From: an uncultured Chloroflexia bacterium
GTDB taxonomy: Bacteria; Chloroflexota; Dehalococcoidia; UBA2979
Length of the DNA stretch: 64,000 nt
Assembly (NCBI GenBank): GCA_963728205.1
Contig: CAVSIV010000006.1
Location: 768,001-832,000 of the forward strand
Reading direction: 5' to 3'
The notes under the pieces were generated by a model. It had not been told where the DNA came from, searched no databases, and saw only the letters and a program-made list of their open reading frames with translations. Of the stretch, positions 42,272-50,412 are shown piece after piece. A program made the position numbers and the translations under genes. How positions within the stretch are numbered: the first letter of the stretch is position 1; every line of letters begins with the position of its first letter.

Positions 42272-44323
42272 GTGCCGCGAGACCTGACGCTCGGCAACGG
42301 ACGGATGCTCGTCACTTTTGATTCGAGGTATTCCCTCAGCGACATCTACTACCCGCACATCGGTACTGAGAACCATGCGTATCAGCGGCACTCTCGGCTT
42401 GGTGTATGGGCAGATGGGGATTTCGCGTGGCTCGATGACTCGAGTTGGGAGCGCTCACTGCGTTACGCCGACCACACGCTTGTCACGCGCGTGGAGGCAC
42501 GCAACGCGCGCCTGGGTCTCCACCTTACGCTCGCCGACGCCGTGGACTTCGATCGCAATGTGCTATTGCGAAGATTCACCGTCATAAACACCTCCCCCAC
42601 CCCGGCCGAGGTGCGACTTTTCCTGCACCTCGACATCGCACTCGGTGGAAATTCTGTCGGAGATACGGTGTTCTATCATCCCGAATATGGCGCGCTCGTC
42701 GCCTACAAGAACGTGCACTATTTGTTGCTGAGCGGGCAGACCTCCGAGCGAACAGGACTCGATGGCTGGACAGCGTCTCCAAAGGGTGCCGGCTACGGAA
42801 GCTGGGTCGATGCCGAAGATGGCGCGCTGAACGGAACGCCACTAGCGTTCGGGGCGGTCGACTGCGTCGGCGAGCTGCGCCTGGGCACAGTGCTGCCCGA
42901 CCGCCCGACAGTCGCCCACGGATGGCTGGCAGCGGCGTCGAGCCTCGAGGATGTGGGAGAGCTCCACGCGAGCGTGCTCGGACGCGGCCCCGATAGTTAC
43001 ATCGAGCGGACACGGCACTACTGGCACGGTTGGGTCGCGAAGGAGGGTGAGCGACTCTCCGGACTCGAGATCTTGCCGAAAGCGGTCCAGGAGCTCTACG
43101 TACGAAGCCTGTTGCTCGCCCGCGCGCAGACAGATGCGGCCGGCGCGATCGTGGCGTCCCCGGACTCTGACATCTCCGGCGCGTACAGCCCGACCGGCAA
43201 GTCCGTGGCGCCGGTGACCGATCTGTTCCGCGGACACGAGAACTATGCGTACTGCTGGCCGCGTGACGGGTCGTTCGTGGCGATCGCCCTCAATGACGCC
43301 GGGTACGACCCCGCCGCCCGGCGCTTTCTTGAGTTCTGCGCGCGCAACATGAGCCAGAGCAGGGACGGTCGTCACGCATACATGTTGCAGAAGTACCTCT
43401 CGAACGGATCGGTGGCCAGCAACGTCATTGCCTGGATCGATGACCGGGGCGCTTCACGACTCCCCATCCAGGAGGACGAGACTGCACTTGTGCTCATCGC
43501 GCTACGCAACCACTACGAACGAACGCATGACTGGGAGTTCGTCGCATCGCTTTACCACGGGATGATGACGAAGATGGCGAATTTCCTGGCTGATTTCCGC
43601 GATCCCGCGACGGGACTGCCCCTCCCCAGCCAGGACCTCTGGGAGGAGGGCGAAGGCGTCCACGCGTTCACTGTGGCGACCGTCTGGCGGGCGTTGCGTG
43701 ACGTCGCGTATTTCACGGAGTTATTCAGCGAGCCGGCGCTGACTGAGCTGTACCTGCGGGCGGCAGACGAAATCAAGCGCGGCGTCGAGGAGCACATCTA
43801 TGATGACGCTGCAGGGCGGTTTGCCCGCGCTCTCCGTCGTGACCACCTCGGGCGCTACCAGCGCGACTCGACGGTCGATGCGAGTCTCTGGGCCCTTTCG
43901 TACTTTGGCATGTTCGACGCCGACGATCCGCGCATGGTCGCGACGATGGCAAGCGTGGAATCCACGCTTACAGTCGCCGGCGAGCATGGTGGGCTCGCAC
44001 GCTACGAGGGTGACCGCTACCAACAGCGGCAGCGGGCCGCCGACATGGGCGTCGCCGGCAACCCGTGGTTCTTGTGCACCCTCTGGCTCGCGCAGTACAA
44101 GGTGCAGCGCGCGAAGCACCTGGCTGATCTCGAGCCGGCGCTCCGCTTGATCGAGCGCGTGGCCGCCGGTGCACTCCCCAGCGGCGCCCTGCCGGAGCAG
44201 ATCGATCCGGCGTCCGGCGAGCCGGCGGGCGCCACGCCGCTGACATGGGCGCATGGGACCGTCGTCTTGACCGTACTTCAGTACCTTGCAACGAGGGCTG
44301 GCCTCGTGACCCGCTCGGAATGA
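42272..44323 (+). CDS. GH15 glucoamylase/trehalase-like glycoside hydrolase
   Basis: LGNGRMLV..YYPHIG.ENH, YAYCWPRDG, QEDETA, DLWEE, LPEQ..PLTWAH. Confidence 0.9.
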   Translation: MPRDLTLGNGRMLVTFDSRYSLSDIYYPHIGTENHAYQRHSRLGVWADGDFAWLDDSSWERSLRYADHTLVTRVEARNARLGLHLTLADAVDFDRNVLLRRFTVINTSPTPAEVRLFLHLDIALGGNSVGDTVFYHPEYGALVAYKNVHYLLLSGQTSERTGLDGWTASPKGAGYGSWVDAEDGALNGTPLAFGAVDCVGELRLGTVLPDRPTVAHGWLAAASSLEDVGELHASVLGRGPDSYIERTRHYWHGWVAKEGERLSGLEILPKAVQELYVRSLLLARAQTDAAGAIVASPDSDISGAYSPTGKSVAPVTDLFRGHENYAYCWPRDGSFVAIALNDAGYDPAARRFLEFCARNMSQSRDGRHAYMLQKYLSNGSVASNVIAWIDDRGASRLPIQEDETALVLIALRNHYERTHDWEFVASLYHGMMTKMANFLADFRDPATGLPLPSQDLWEEGEGVHAFTVATVWRALRDVAYFTELFSEPALTELYLRAADEIKRGVEEHIYDDAAGRFARALRRDHLGRYQRDSTVDASLWALSYFGMFDADDPRMVATMASVESTLTVAGEHGGLARYEGDRYQQRQRAADMGVAGNPWFLCTLWLAQYKVQRAKHLADLEPALRLIERVAAGALPSGALPEQIDPASGEPAGATPLTWAHGTVVLTVLQYLATRAGLVTRSE

Positions 44324-44420
44324 CGCCGGCACTCGAACGCGGTGGTTGCCCGGGCCCGGCAGGACCGGTGGGTCGAGGCGATGCCGCCGCGTAGCACGAT
44401 TGCCGCCGACAAGGGAAGCG

Positions 44421-46010
44421 ATGATGTCTTCACTCCGATGGTGGCAGTCGAGCATGATCTACCAGGTTCTCGCTTCGTCCTTCATGGACACCAATGGCGA
44501 CGGCGAAGGTGACCTCCAAGGGATAATCGAACGGCTGGACTATCTCCAGTGGCTGGGTGCCACGGCGATTTGGCTCACGCCGATCTATCCGTCGCCGATG
44601 GCCGACCTCGGCTACGACGTGAGTGACTACACCGGGGTCGGCTCCCGGTTCGGATCGCTCGAGGACTTCGATCGCCTCGTGAGCGACGCGCACGCACGCG
44701 GTATCAAGATCATCATGGATTGGGTCCCGAACCACACATCCGACCAGCATCCGTGGTTCGTAGAGTCACGCTCCAGCCGCGATAGTCGGCGACGTGACTG
44801 GTACATCTGGCGACCTGCGACAGGCACCAACTCCCCGCCAACCAACTGGCGCGCGGTGTTTGGCGGCAGCGCCTGGGAGTGGGACGAAGCGACTGGAGAG
44901 TTTTACTATCACTCGTTCCTCGAGTCGCAACCGGACTTGAATTGGCGGAACCCGGAGGTTCAAGCGGCTGTCTTGGACGCGATGCGGTTCTGGCTACGGA
45001 TCGGCGTCGACGGCTTTCGTGTCGATGCGGCCTCGTGGCTCATCAAGGATGAACAGTTCCGCGACAATCCGCCCAATCCAAACTATCACCCCGAGAGCGA
45101 TGGCCCGGATCAAGAAGTCATACCTCTGTACACATGGGACCAGCCGGGCGTGCATGAGGTATTAGCGAACATGCGCCGAGTGGTTGATGAGTTCGACGAT
45201 CGGCTGCTTGCGGGGGAACTGGTGTTACCCATCGAGAGCATGGTGCAGTACTACGGAAGACAGCATCCGGAATTGCACCTGCCGCTGAACATGCACCCGA
45301 TATGGGCAAACTGGAGCGCTGAGGACCTCGGCACAGTCATCGAAACCTACGAACGAGAGCGGCCCGCGAGCGGCTGGCCAACCTGGACGCTCAGTACTCA
45401 CGATTTCTCGCGTATCGCCTCGCGTCTTCCTGGCGACCAGACGCGGGTCGCAGCCATGCTACTGCTCACCCTGGGGGGAACGCCGACGCACTACTACGGC
45501 GAAGAGGTCGGGATGCGAGGAGTCGCCATCGCGCCGGAAGACGCCAAGGACCCCCAGGGACGGCGCATCGGTCGAAACCGCGATCCCGCGCGCACGCCGA
45601 TGCAGTGGGACGCGAGTCCTACGGCAGGATTCACGACGGGCGATCCATGGCTCCCCATCGGGGACGACGTGCGAGCAGCCAACGTAGCGGCGCAGAAAGA
45701 GGACCCGCACTCCCTGCTCACGCTCTATCGTCGCCTGATCGAGCTGCGCGCGCGACACCCGACGTTGGTGGCGGGTTCCCTTGAAGTTGTCTCGCGGCAG
45801 AATCCGCTGCTGGTCTACCGGCGTGCGAGCGAGGATGGGCACTATCTCGTCGTGCTCAACATGAGTGACGACCCGCAATCCTACGATATCTGGCAGGCTC
45901 GCGGCCAACTCTTGCTGTCAACGTTTCTGGACCGGCAAAACGAGGAGATCAGGGACAGGCTCGAGTTGCGAGCGAACGAGGGAATACTCGTGCGAATGTC
46001 ATACGTATAA
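44421..46010 (+). CDS. GH13 alpha-glucosidase
   Basis: WWQ..YQV..SFMDTNGDGEGDL, DWVPNHTS, QPDLNW, DGFRVDA, GE, STHD, RDPARTPMQW. Confidence 0.93.
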   Translation: MMSSLRWWQSSMIYQVLASSFMDTNGDGEGDLQGIIERLDYLQWLGATAIWLTPIYPSPMADLGYDVSDYTGVGSRFGSLEDFDRLVSDAHARGIKIIMDWVPNHTSDQHPWFVESRSSRDSRRRDWYIWRPATGTNSPPTNWRAVFGGSAWEWDEATGEFYYHSFLESQPDLNWRNPEVQAAVLDAMRFWLRIGVDGFRVDAASWLIKDEQFRDNPPNPNYHPESDGPDQEVIPLYTWDQPGVHEVLANMRRVVDEFDDRLLAGELVLPIESMVQYYGRQHPELHLPLNMHPIWANWSAEDLGTVIETYERERPASGWPTWTLSTHDFSRIASRLPGDQTRVAAMLLLTLGGTPTHYYGEEVGMRGVAIAPEDAKDPQGRRIGRNRDPARTPMQWDASPTAGFTTGDPWLPIGDDVRAANVAAQKEDPHSLLTLYRRLIELRARHPTLVAGSLEVVSRQNPLLVYRRASEDGHYLVVLNMSDDPQSYDIWQARGQLLLSTFLDRQNEEIRDRLELRANEGILVRMSYV

Positions 46011-46079
46011 CCCCGGAGCTCGTCGACGGTTGTCGACCCGCATCTGTTGAGACTCGGGCCGCGGGTGTCGCCACGAGAA

Positions 46080-46152
46080 CTCTCGGCGCGGCCCGGCAAA
46101 CGAAACCGCGATGAAGATCAGAATGATAACGAGGACCGTCCCAATACCGCAT
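46080..46152 (-). pseudogene. Frameshifted paralog of the 22-aa membrane peptide at 40174-40242
   Basis: Same GAGAGGAGA RBS and ATG, then an out-of-frame GIGTVLVIILIFIAV (5 nt missing after the ATG relative to the first copy). Confidence 0.55.
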
Positions 46153-46645
46153 GGGCTCTCTCCTCTCCCAGCGTTCATCTCGAAGAGAATTGCACGAATC
46201 GCATCCTGCAATAGTTCTTACGCGCTGGCCACGTGCGTCTGAATTCCATGCCAGATTTGTGCTGTGTCACCACAGGCGATAGGTGGCCCGCCAGGCTGAG
46301 CCGCGACTCGCCGGTCCTCGTCAGGCAGGACTCGCGGCGCGCGTCTTCGCGGACGATGCGGGTTGTTCGCCATCGCGCACTGCGGACCTCCCCGGCGTCG
46401 ACCCAGTCGCCTACGTGCGGCGCCACGGTGGCGCGGTCATGGCGGGGCGTGGACGCGCAACCACCTCAAGCACTTCGCGGTGTTCCTGCGGGCCCGCAGG
46501 CGCCGGACTGAGCGGTGATGCGTTTGCCCATACGTGGGCACCCGCGGGTCGCATGGCGAATCCCGGCCAAGGGGCGAGCCGACATTCGCCATGCGACCGG
46601 CGCTGCGGGCGGGCGGGCGCCGATCGAACTGAAGACGACGGGCAG

Positions 46646-46951
46646 CTAGCGCTTGTCGCGGATCGCCGAGATCAGCTCGCCTTTGCTCATCTTGCTGCGG
46701 CCGCCGACGTCGAGCTTCTTCGCGACGTTGTAGAGCTCGTCCTTCGTCCGGCTCTCGAGCTCCGCGTTCGGATTGCCGGTGCCCGACGTCGTCTTCTTGC
46801 CGCTCTTCGTGCGGCCTTCCTCGCGGCGGGCCTTGTTCACGGTGCGCGCCGCGATCTCCTCGGCGCGCGACGTCGAGCGGCCGCGATCCATCTGCGACTC
46901 TTTGATCGACTCGTACTTCTTTTCGTCTTTCTTCGACCATGCGCGTGGCAT
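46646..46951 (-). CDS. Small basic protein with C-terminal Rho-N-like HeH domain
   Basis: MPRAWSKKDEKKYESIKES..AEEIAARTVNK..TKDELYNVAKKLDVGGRSKMSKGELISAI. Confidence 0.8.
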   Translation of the reverse strand: MPRAWSKKDEKKYESIKESQMDRGRSTSRAEEIAARTVNKARREEGRTKSGKKTTSGTGNPNAELESRTKDELYNVAKKLDVGGRSKMSKGELISAIRDKR

Positions 46952-47086
46952 CAGAAGTACCTCCTGAAACCAACGTACCGGGTAGGCGAAAGGGACACGT
47001 TTGCAACGGGGAGGGGCGGGGGGACGGGGGGCGGAGGGGGGCGGACGGACGGGGGACTGGAGACGGACGGACGTGCGTCCGCCCTA

Positions 47087-47162
47087 CTGTCGGCGGCATG
47101 TCTGCCGCCGCTGTGGCGGCGACGGCGGGGGCCCAAAGCGGCGGCAGATATGCCGCCGACAG
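47087..47162. repeat. REP-A inverted doublet (tail-to-tail orientation)
   Basis: ctgtcggcggcatgtctgccgccgct (47087-47112) and agcggcggcagatatgccgccgacag (47137-47162). Confidence 0.9.
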
Positions 47163-47202
47163 AAGGGAGGCGCGCGCCTCCCTTCCCCCCATCCCCCTTC
47201 TT

Positions 47203-47551
47203 CTACTGGATGCGCACGACTTCCTGCGCGCGGTTCCACAGCCCCTCGAGGTTGTAGTAGACGCGCCGCTCGGGCGAGAACAGGTGCACGATCACGCCGC
47301 CGCCGGCGTCGACCAGGACCCAGCCGCCCTCGGCGTCACCCTCCGCGTGCGGACGGCTCCCGCCGCGCAGCAGCACGGTCTCCTCGAGCGCGTCGATCAC
47401 CGCGCGCGACTGCCGGACGTTGTCGATGGTCGCGATGATGAAGTAGTCGGCCCAGGTCGTGAGCCCCTTGAGGTCCAGCAGGACGACGTCCGCCGCCTGG
47501 CGGTCGACGAGAGTGTCGACGAGCGCGTGTGCGAGAATCGGTGCTCTGCAG
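47203..47551 (-). CDS. rsfS: Ribosomal silencing factor RsfS (probable CTG start, 1-nt indel near 47537)
   Basis: DRQAADVVLLDL..ADYFIIAT..RQ, EG..GWVLVDAG.VIVHLF..R.YYNLEGLW; GGAGG RBS 5 nt before the CTG. Confidence 0.9.
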
Positions 47552-47729
47552 TTGGGCCTCCCTGCCGCGTCGCCAGTATAGGTGACCTCCCGGGCGAACG
47601 GCTCGGCGTCGGCGGGCTGAGGGGTTGGCGCGGATCGCCGGTCCCGTCGCGAGCGCCACGGGGCGGCGCGGGCTGCTCAGCCCGCTCACGCGATGCCGTT
47701 CGCCGTGGCGGCTGCCTACACTGGTCGGC

Positions 47730-48809
47730 ATGACCGAACGGGTGCTCGTCGCCATGTCCGGCGGCGTCGACTCCGCCGTCGCCGCAGCGCTGCTGCACGC
47801 GCAGGGGTACGACGTCGTCGGCGTCACGCTGCGGCTGTACACGGAGGCGGACGACACCGCCCTGTCGTCCGGGCGCACCTGCTGCGGCATCGAGGACGTC
47901 GGCGACGCCCGCGCCGCCGCGCAGCGCATCGGGATCCCGCACTACGTCCTCAACATGGAGCGCGAGTTCGAGCGCGACGTCATCGGCGCCTTCGTCGACG
48001 CCTACCGCGACGGCCGCACGCCGAACCCCTGCCTCGCCTGCAACCAGCACGTGAAGTTCTCGACGCTGCTCGACCGCGCGCTGGCCATGGGCGTCGACCG
48101 CCTCGCGACCGGCCACTACGCCCGCGTCGTGCCCGCGCCCGACGGCGACGGCCACCGCCTGCATCGCGCCGTCGACGACGCGAAGGACCAGTCGTACGTG
48201 CTGTACACGCTCGGCCAGGAGGCGCTCGCGCGGACGCTCTTCCCGCTCGGCGGGCTGACGAAGACCGAGACGCGCCGCATCGCGCGCGAGTGGGGACTGC
48301 CGCTCGCCGACAAGCCGGACAGCGTCGACATCTGCTTCGTCCCCGGCGGCGACTATCGCGAGCTGCTGCGCGCCCGCGGCGTCGGCGACGCGCCCGGCGC
48401 GATCGTCACCGCCGACGGCGTCGAGGTCGGCCGCCACGACGGCGTCGCGAACTTCACGGTCGGCCAGCGCCGCGGGCTCGGGCTCGGCGGCGGCGGCGGC
48501 GGCCGGCGCTTCGTCACCGCGCTCGAGCCGTCGCGCAACGTCGTGGTCGTCGGCGGCGAAGACGCGCTCGCGCGCGACGCGCTCGTCGCCACCGACCCGC
48601 GCTGGGTCGCCGCGCCGCCCGTCGTCGGCGAACGGCTGCACGCGCGCATCCGCTACCACGCCGAGGACCTCCCCGCGCGCGTCGCCGCGCTGGACGCGAC
48701 GTCGTTCCGCCTGGAGTTCGAGCGCCCGGTGCGCGCCGTCGCCCCCGGCCAGGCGGCCGTGCTGTATCGCGGCACCGAGGTCGTCGGCGGCGGCGTGATC
48801 GCGCGCTGA
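47730..48809 (+). CDS. mnmA: tRNA 2-thiouridylase MnmA
   Basis: VAMSGGVDS, GRTPNPCLACN, ATGHYAR, KDQSY, KPDSVDICF, TVGQRRG, PGQAAVLY. Confidence 0.96.
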   Translation: MTERVLVAMSGGVDSAVAAALLHAQGYDVVGVTLRLYTEADDTALSSGRTCCGIEDVGDARAAAQRIGIPHYVLNMEREFERDVIGAFVDAYRDGRTPNPCLACNQHVKFSTLLDRALAMGVDRLATGHYARVVPAPDGDGHRLHRAVDDAKDQSYVLYTLGQEALARTLFPLGGLTKTETRRIAREWGLPLADKPDSVDICFVPGGDYRELLRARGVGDAPGAIVTADGVEVGRHDGVANFTVGQRRGLGLGGGGGGRRFVTALEPSRNVVVVGGEDALARDALVATDPRWVAAPPVVGERLHARIRYHAEDLPARVAALDATSFRLEFERPVRAVAPGQAAVLYRGTEVVGGGVIAR

Positions 48810-48842
48810 CGAGGGTGTGCGCGGAACGCCGAATGTCGAATG

Positions 48843-49007
48843 TCGAGCGGCAGCTGGAAGGCTGCCGATCTCCCCAATCCCGTCGCTCACCGCGACGCTC
48901 TGCGGGCGCATCGGGGGCGGGCGGACGATGGGCATCGCCGTCCCCGGGGAAGCACGACGGCCCGCCTGTCGCGCACCGTGATCGGCAGCCTTCCAGCTGC
49001 CGCTCGA
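48843..49007. repeat. REP-B inverted doublet, perfect 28-bp arms
   Basis: tcgagcggcagctggaaggctgccgatc (48843-48870) and its reverse complement (48980-49007); preceded by a 7-bp duplication cgaatgt x2. Confidence 0.92.
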
Positions 49008-49095
49008 TCGGCCCGCTTCGCGCGGCGGGACAGACCCCGGTAGGATGGGGGAACGCACTGCGCGAACGAGCGACGAGGGGAGCCCTCCACCGACC

Positions 49096-49416
49096 ATGAA
49101 CCTCGCCGACCTGCGCGACATCGTCATCATCGTCTACGGCGTGCTCGGGATCTTGCTCTTCCTGATCCTGATCGCCGTGGCGGTTGGCGTGTTCATCATC
49201 GCCCGCCAGCTGAACCGCATGGTTCACGAACTGGTCAACGACCCGCTCAATCCGACCCTCGAGGAAGTGCACAAGACCGTGCAGAACGTGCGCGGGGCGA
49301 GCGAGTTCATGGTCGACCGCGCCGTGCACCCGGTGATCCGCACGATCGCCGTCGTGCGCGGCGTGCGTCGCGGGGTCGGCGTGCTCACCGGCCTGCCCTC
49401 GCGGCTGCGGAGGTAG
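49096..49416 (+). CDS. Hypothetical membrane protein (one TM plus amphipathic helix)
   Basis: Long hydrophobic N-terminal segment; coding-like codon usage. Confidence 0.75.
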   Translation: MNLADLRDIVIIVYGVLGILLFLILIAVAVGVFIIARQLNRMVHELVNDPLNPTLEEVHKTVQNVRGASEFMVDRAVHPVIRTIAVVRGVRRGVGVLTGLPSRLRR

Positions 49417-49423
49417 GACCCGC

Positions 49424-49753
49424 ATGAAGCTGCTCACGTTCGCCGGCTTCGCCGGCGCCGCCGCGGCCGGCTTCTTCGCCGCGAAGACGCTGCTGGAGCG
49501 CGAGGATCTCCTCGACCGCGTGCCCGCGCCGGCGCGACCACCGATCGCGGCCGCGCGTGCGCGCCTGCTCGCCGCGCGGCGACGCGCGTCCACGGTCGTC
49601 GCCGAGGCGAAGCGCGAGCGGGATGCCGCCGAGATCGAGCTCACCGCCGACTACTACCGTCGCGTCGGCCGTCCCGTGCCCACGGGGCTCGGCGGCGCCG
49701 CGCCCGCTGCCTCGCAACGGCAGCCGGTCTGGCGTCCCGGCGACCCAATCTAG
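49424..49753 (+). CDS. Hypothetical protein with N-terminal membrane anchor
   Basis: GGAGG/AGGA RBS; MKLLTFAGFAGAAAAGFFAAK then helical; operonic with the upstream gene. Confidence 0.68.
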   Translation: MKLLTFAGFAGAAAAGFFAAKTLLEREDLLDRVPAPARPPIAAARARLLAARRRASTVVAEAKRERDAAEIELTADYYRRVGRPVPTGLGGAAPAASQRQPVWRPGDPI

Positions 49754-49791
49754 CGCGCCTCCACCGTCTCGGCCTTAGGGCCACCCTTCCC

Positions 49792-49797
49792 TATACT
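49792..49797 (+). promoter_or_regulatory. -10 box TATACT of the tRNA-Ser promoter
   Basis: TATACT ends 7 nt before the tRNA 5' end. Confidence 0.65.
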
Positions 49798-49804
49798 GAC
49801 CGGC

Positions 49805-49891
49805 GGAGAGGTGGCCGAGTGGTTGAAGGCGCGTGTCTCGAAAACACGTAGACGATGAGTCTCGCGGGTTCGAATCCCGCCCTCTCCGCCA
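49805..49891 (+). tRNA. tRNA-Ser(CGA)
   Basis: ggagagg/cctctcc-gcca acceptor; anticodon arm cgtgt-CT CGA AA-acacg; long variable arm; GTTCGAAT. Confidence 0.96.
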
Positions 49892-49897
49892 TGATCT

Positions 49898-50257
49898 GCC
49901 GCGCTCTGATCCTCCTCCGGCCGCGTCAGCTCGCGCTGGGCACGGCCTCCGTCGGCGCGCGGTCGGGGTGAGGAGCGAAGGTCCCCACGCGGCCGCGTCG
50001 GCTTGCGCCGGGCACGGCCACCGTCGGCGCGCGATCGGGCTGAGGTGCGCAGTCGCCGGCGCGGTCTCGCGTCGGCGGCAGCTGGAAGGCTGCCGATCTC
50101 AGCGCGATCCGCGCAGTCGCCGGCGAGACACGAGCCGCGCGGGACGGATCGGCACCCTGCCGGGTGCCGCTCGAGGCACACCTCCGCGGCGACCGCGCGC
50201 CGACGGAGCCCGCGACCGGCGCAAGCCGACGCAGGCGGAGGAGGATGAGAGCGCGGC
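49898..50257. repeat. Composite palindromic element between the two tRNA-Ser genes: 68-bp outer IR enclosing a REP-B doublet
   Basis: 49898-49965 versus the reverse complement of 50190-50257 match at 59/68 by hand count; REP-B arms at 50071-50100 and 50147-50174; ~47-bp direct duplication at 49919/49990. Confidence 0.85.
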
Positions 50258-50264
50258 GAAACAC

Positions 50265-50356
50265 GGAGAGGTGCTGGAGTGGTTGAACAGGCTCGCCTGG
50301 AAAGCGGGTAGAGGGCGAAAGCTCTCTCGTGGGTTCGAATCCCACCCTCTCCGCCA
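50265..50356 (+). tRNA. tRNA-Ser(GGA)
   Basis: ggagagg/cctctcc-gcca; anticodon loop CT GGA AA; long variable arm agagggcgaaagctctct. Confidence 0.96.
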
Positions 50357-50365
50357 GCAAGATCA

Positions 50366-50391
50366 CACGCCGCGCCCCGTGCGCGGCGTGT
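50366..50391. terminator. Putative terminator hairpin between the tRNA and the convergent kinase gene
   Basis: cacgccgcgc-cccgt-gcgcggcgtg followed by a short T tract. Confidence 0.55.
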
Positions 50392-50412
50392 TCGTCTCCG
50401 CTCGGCGCGTCG

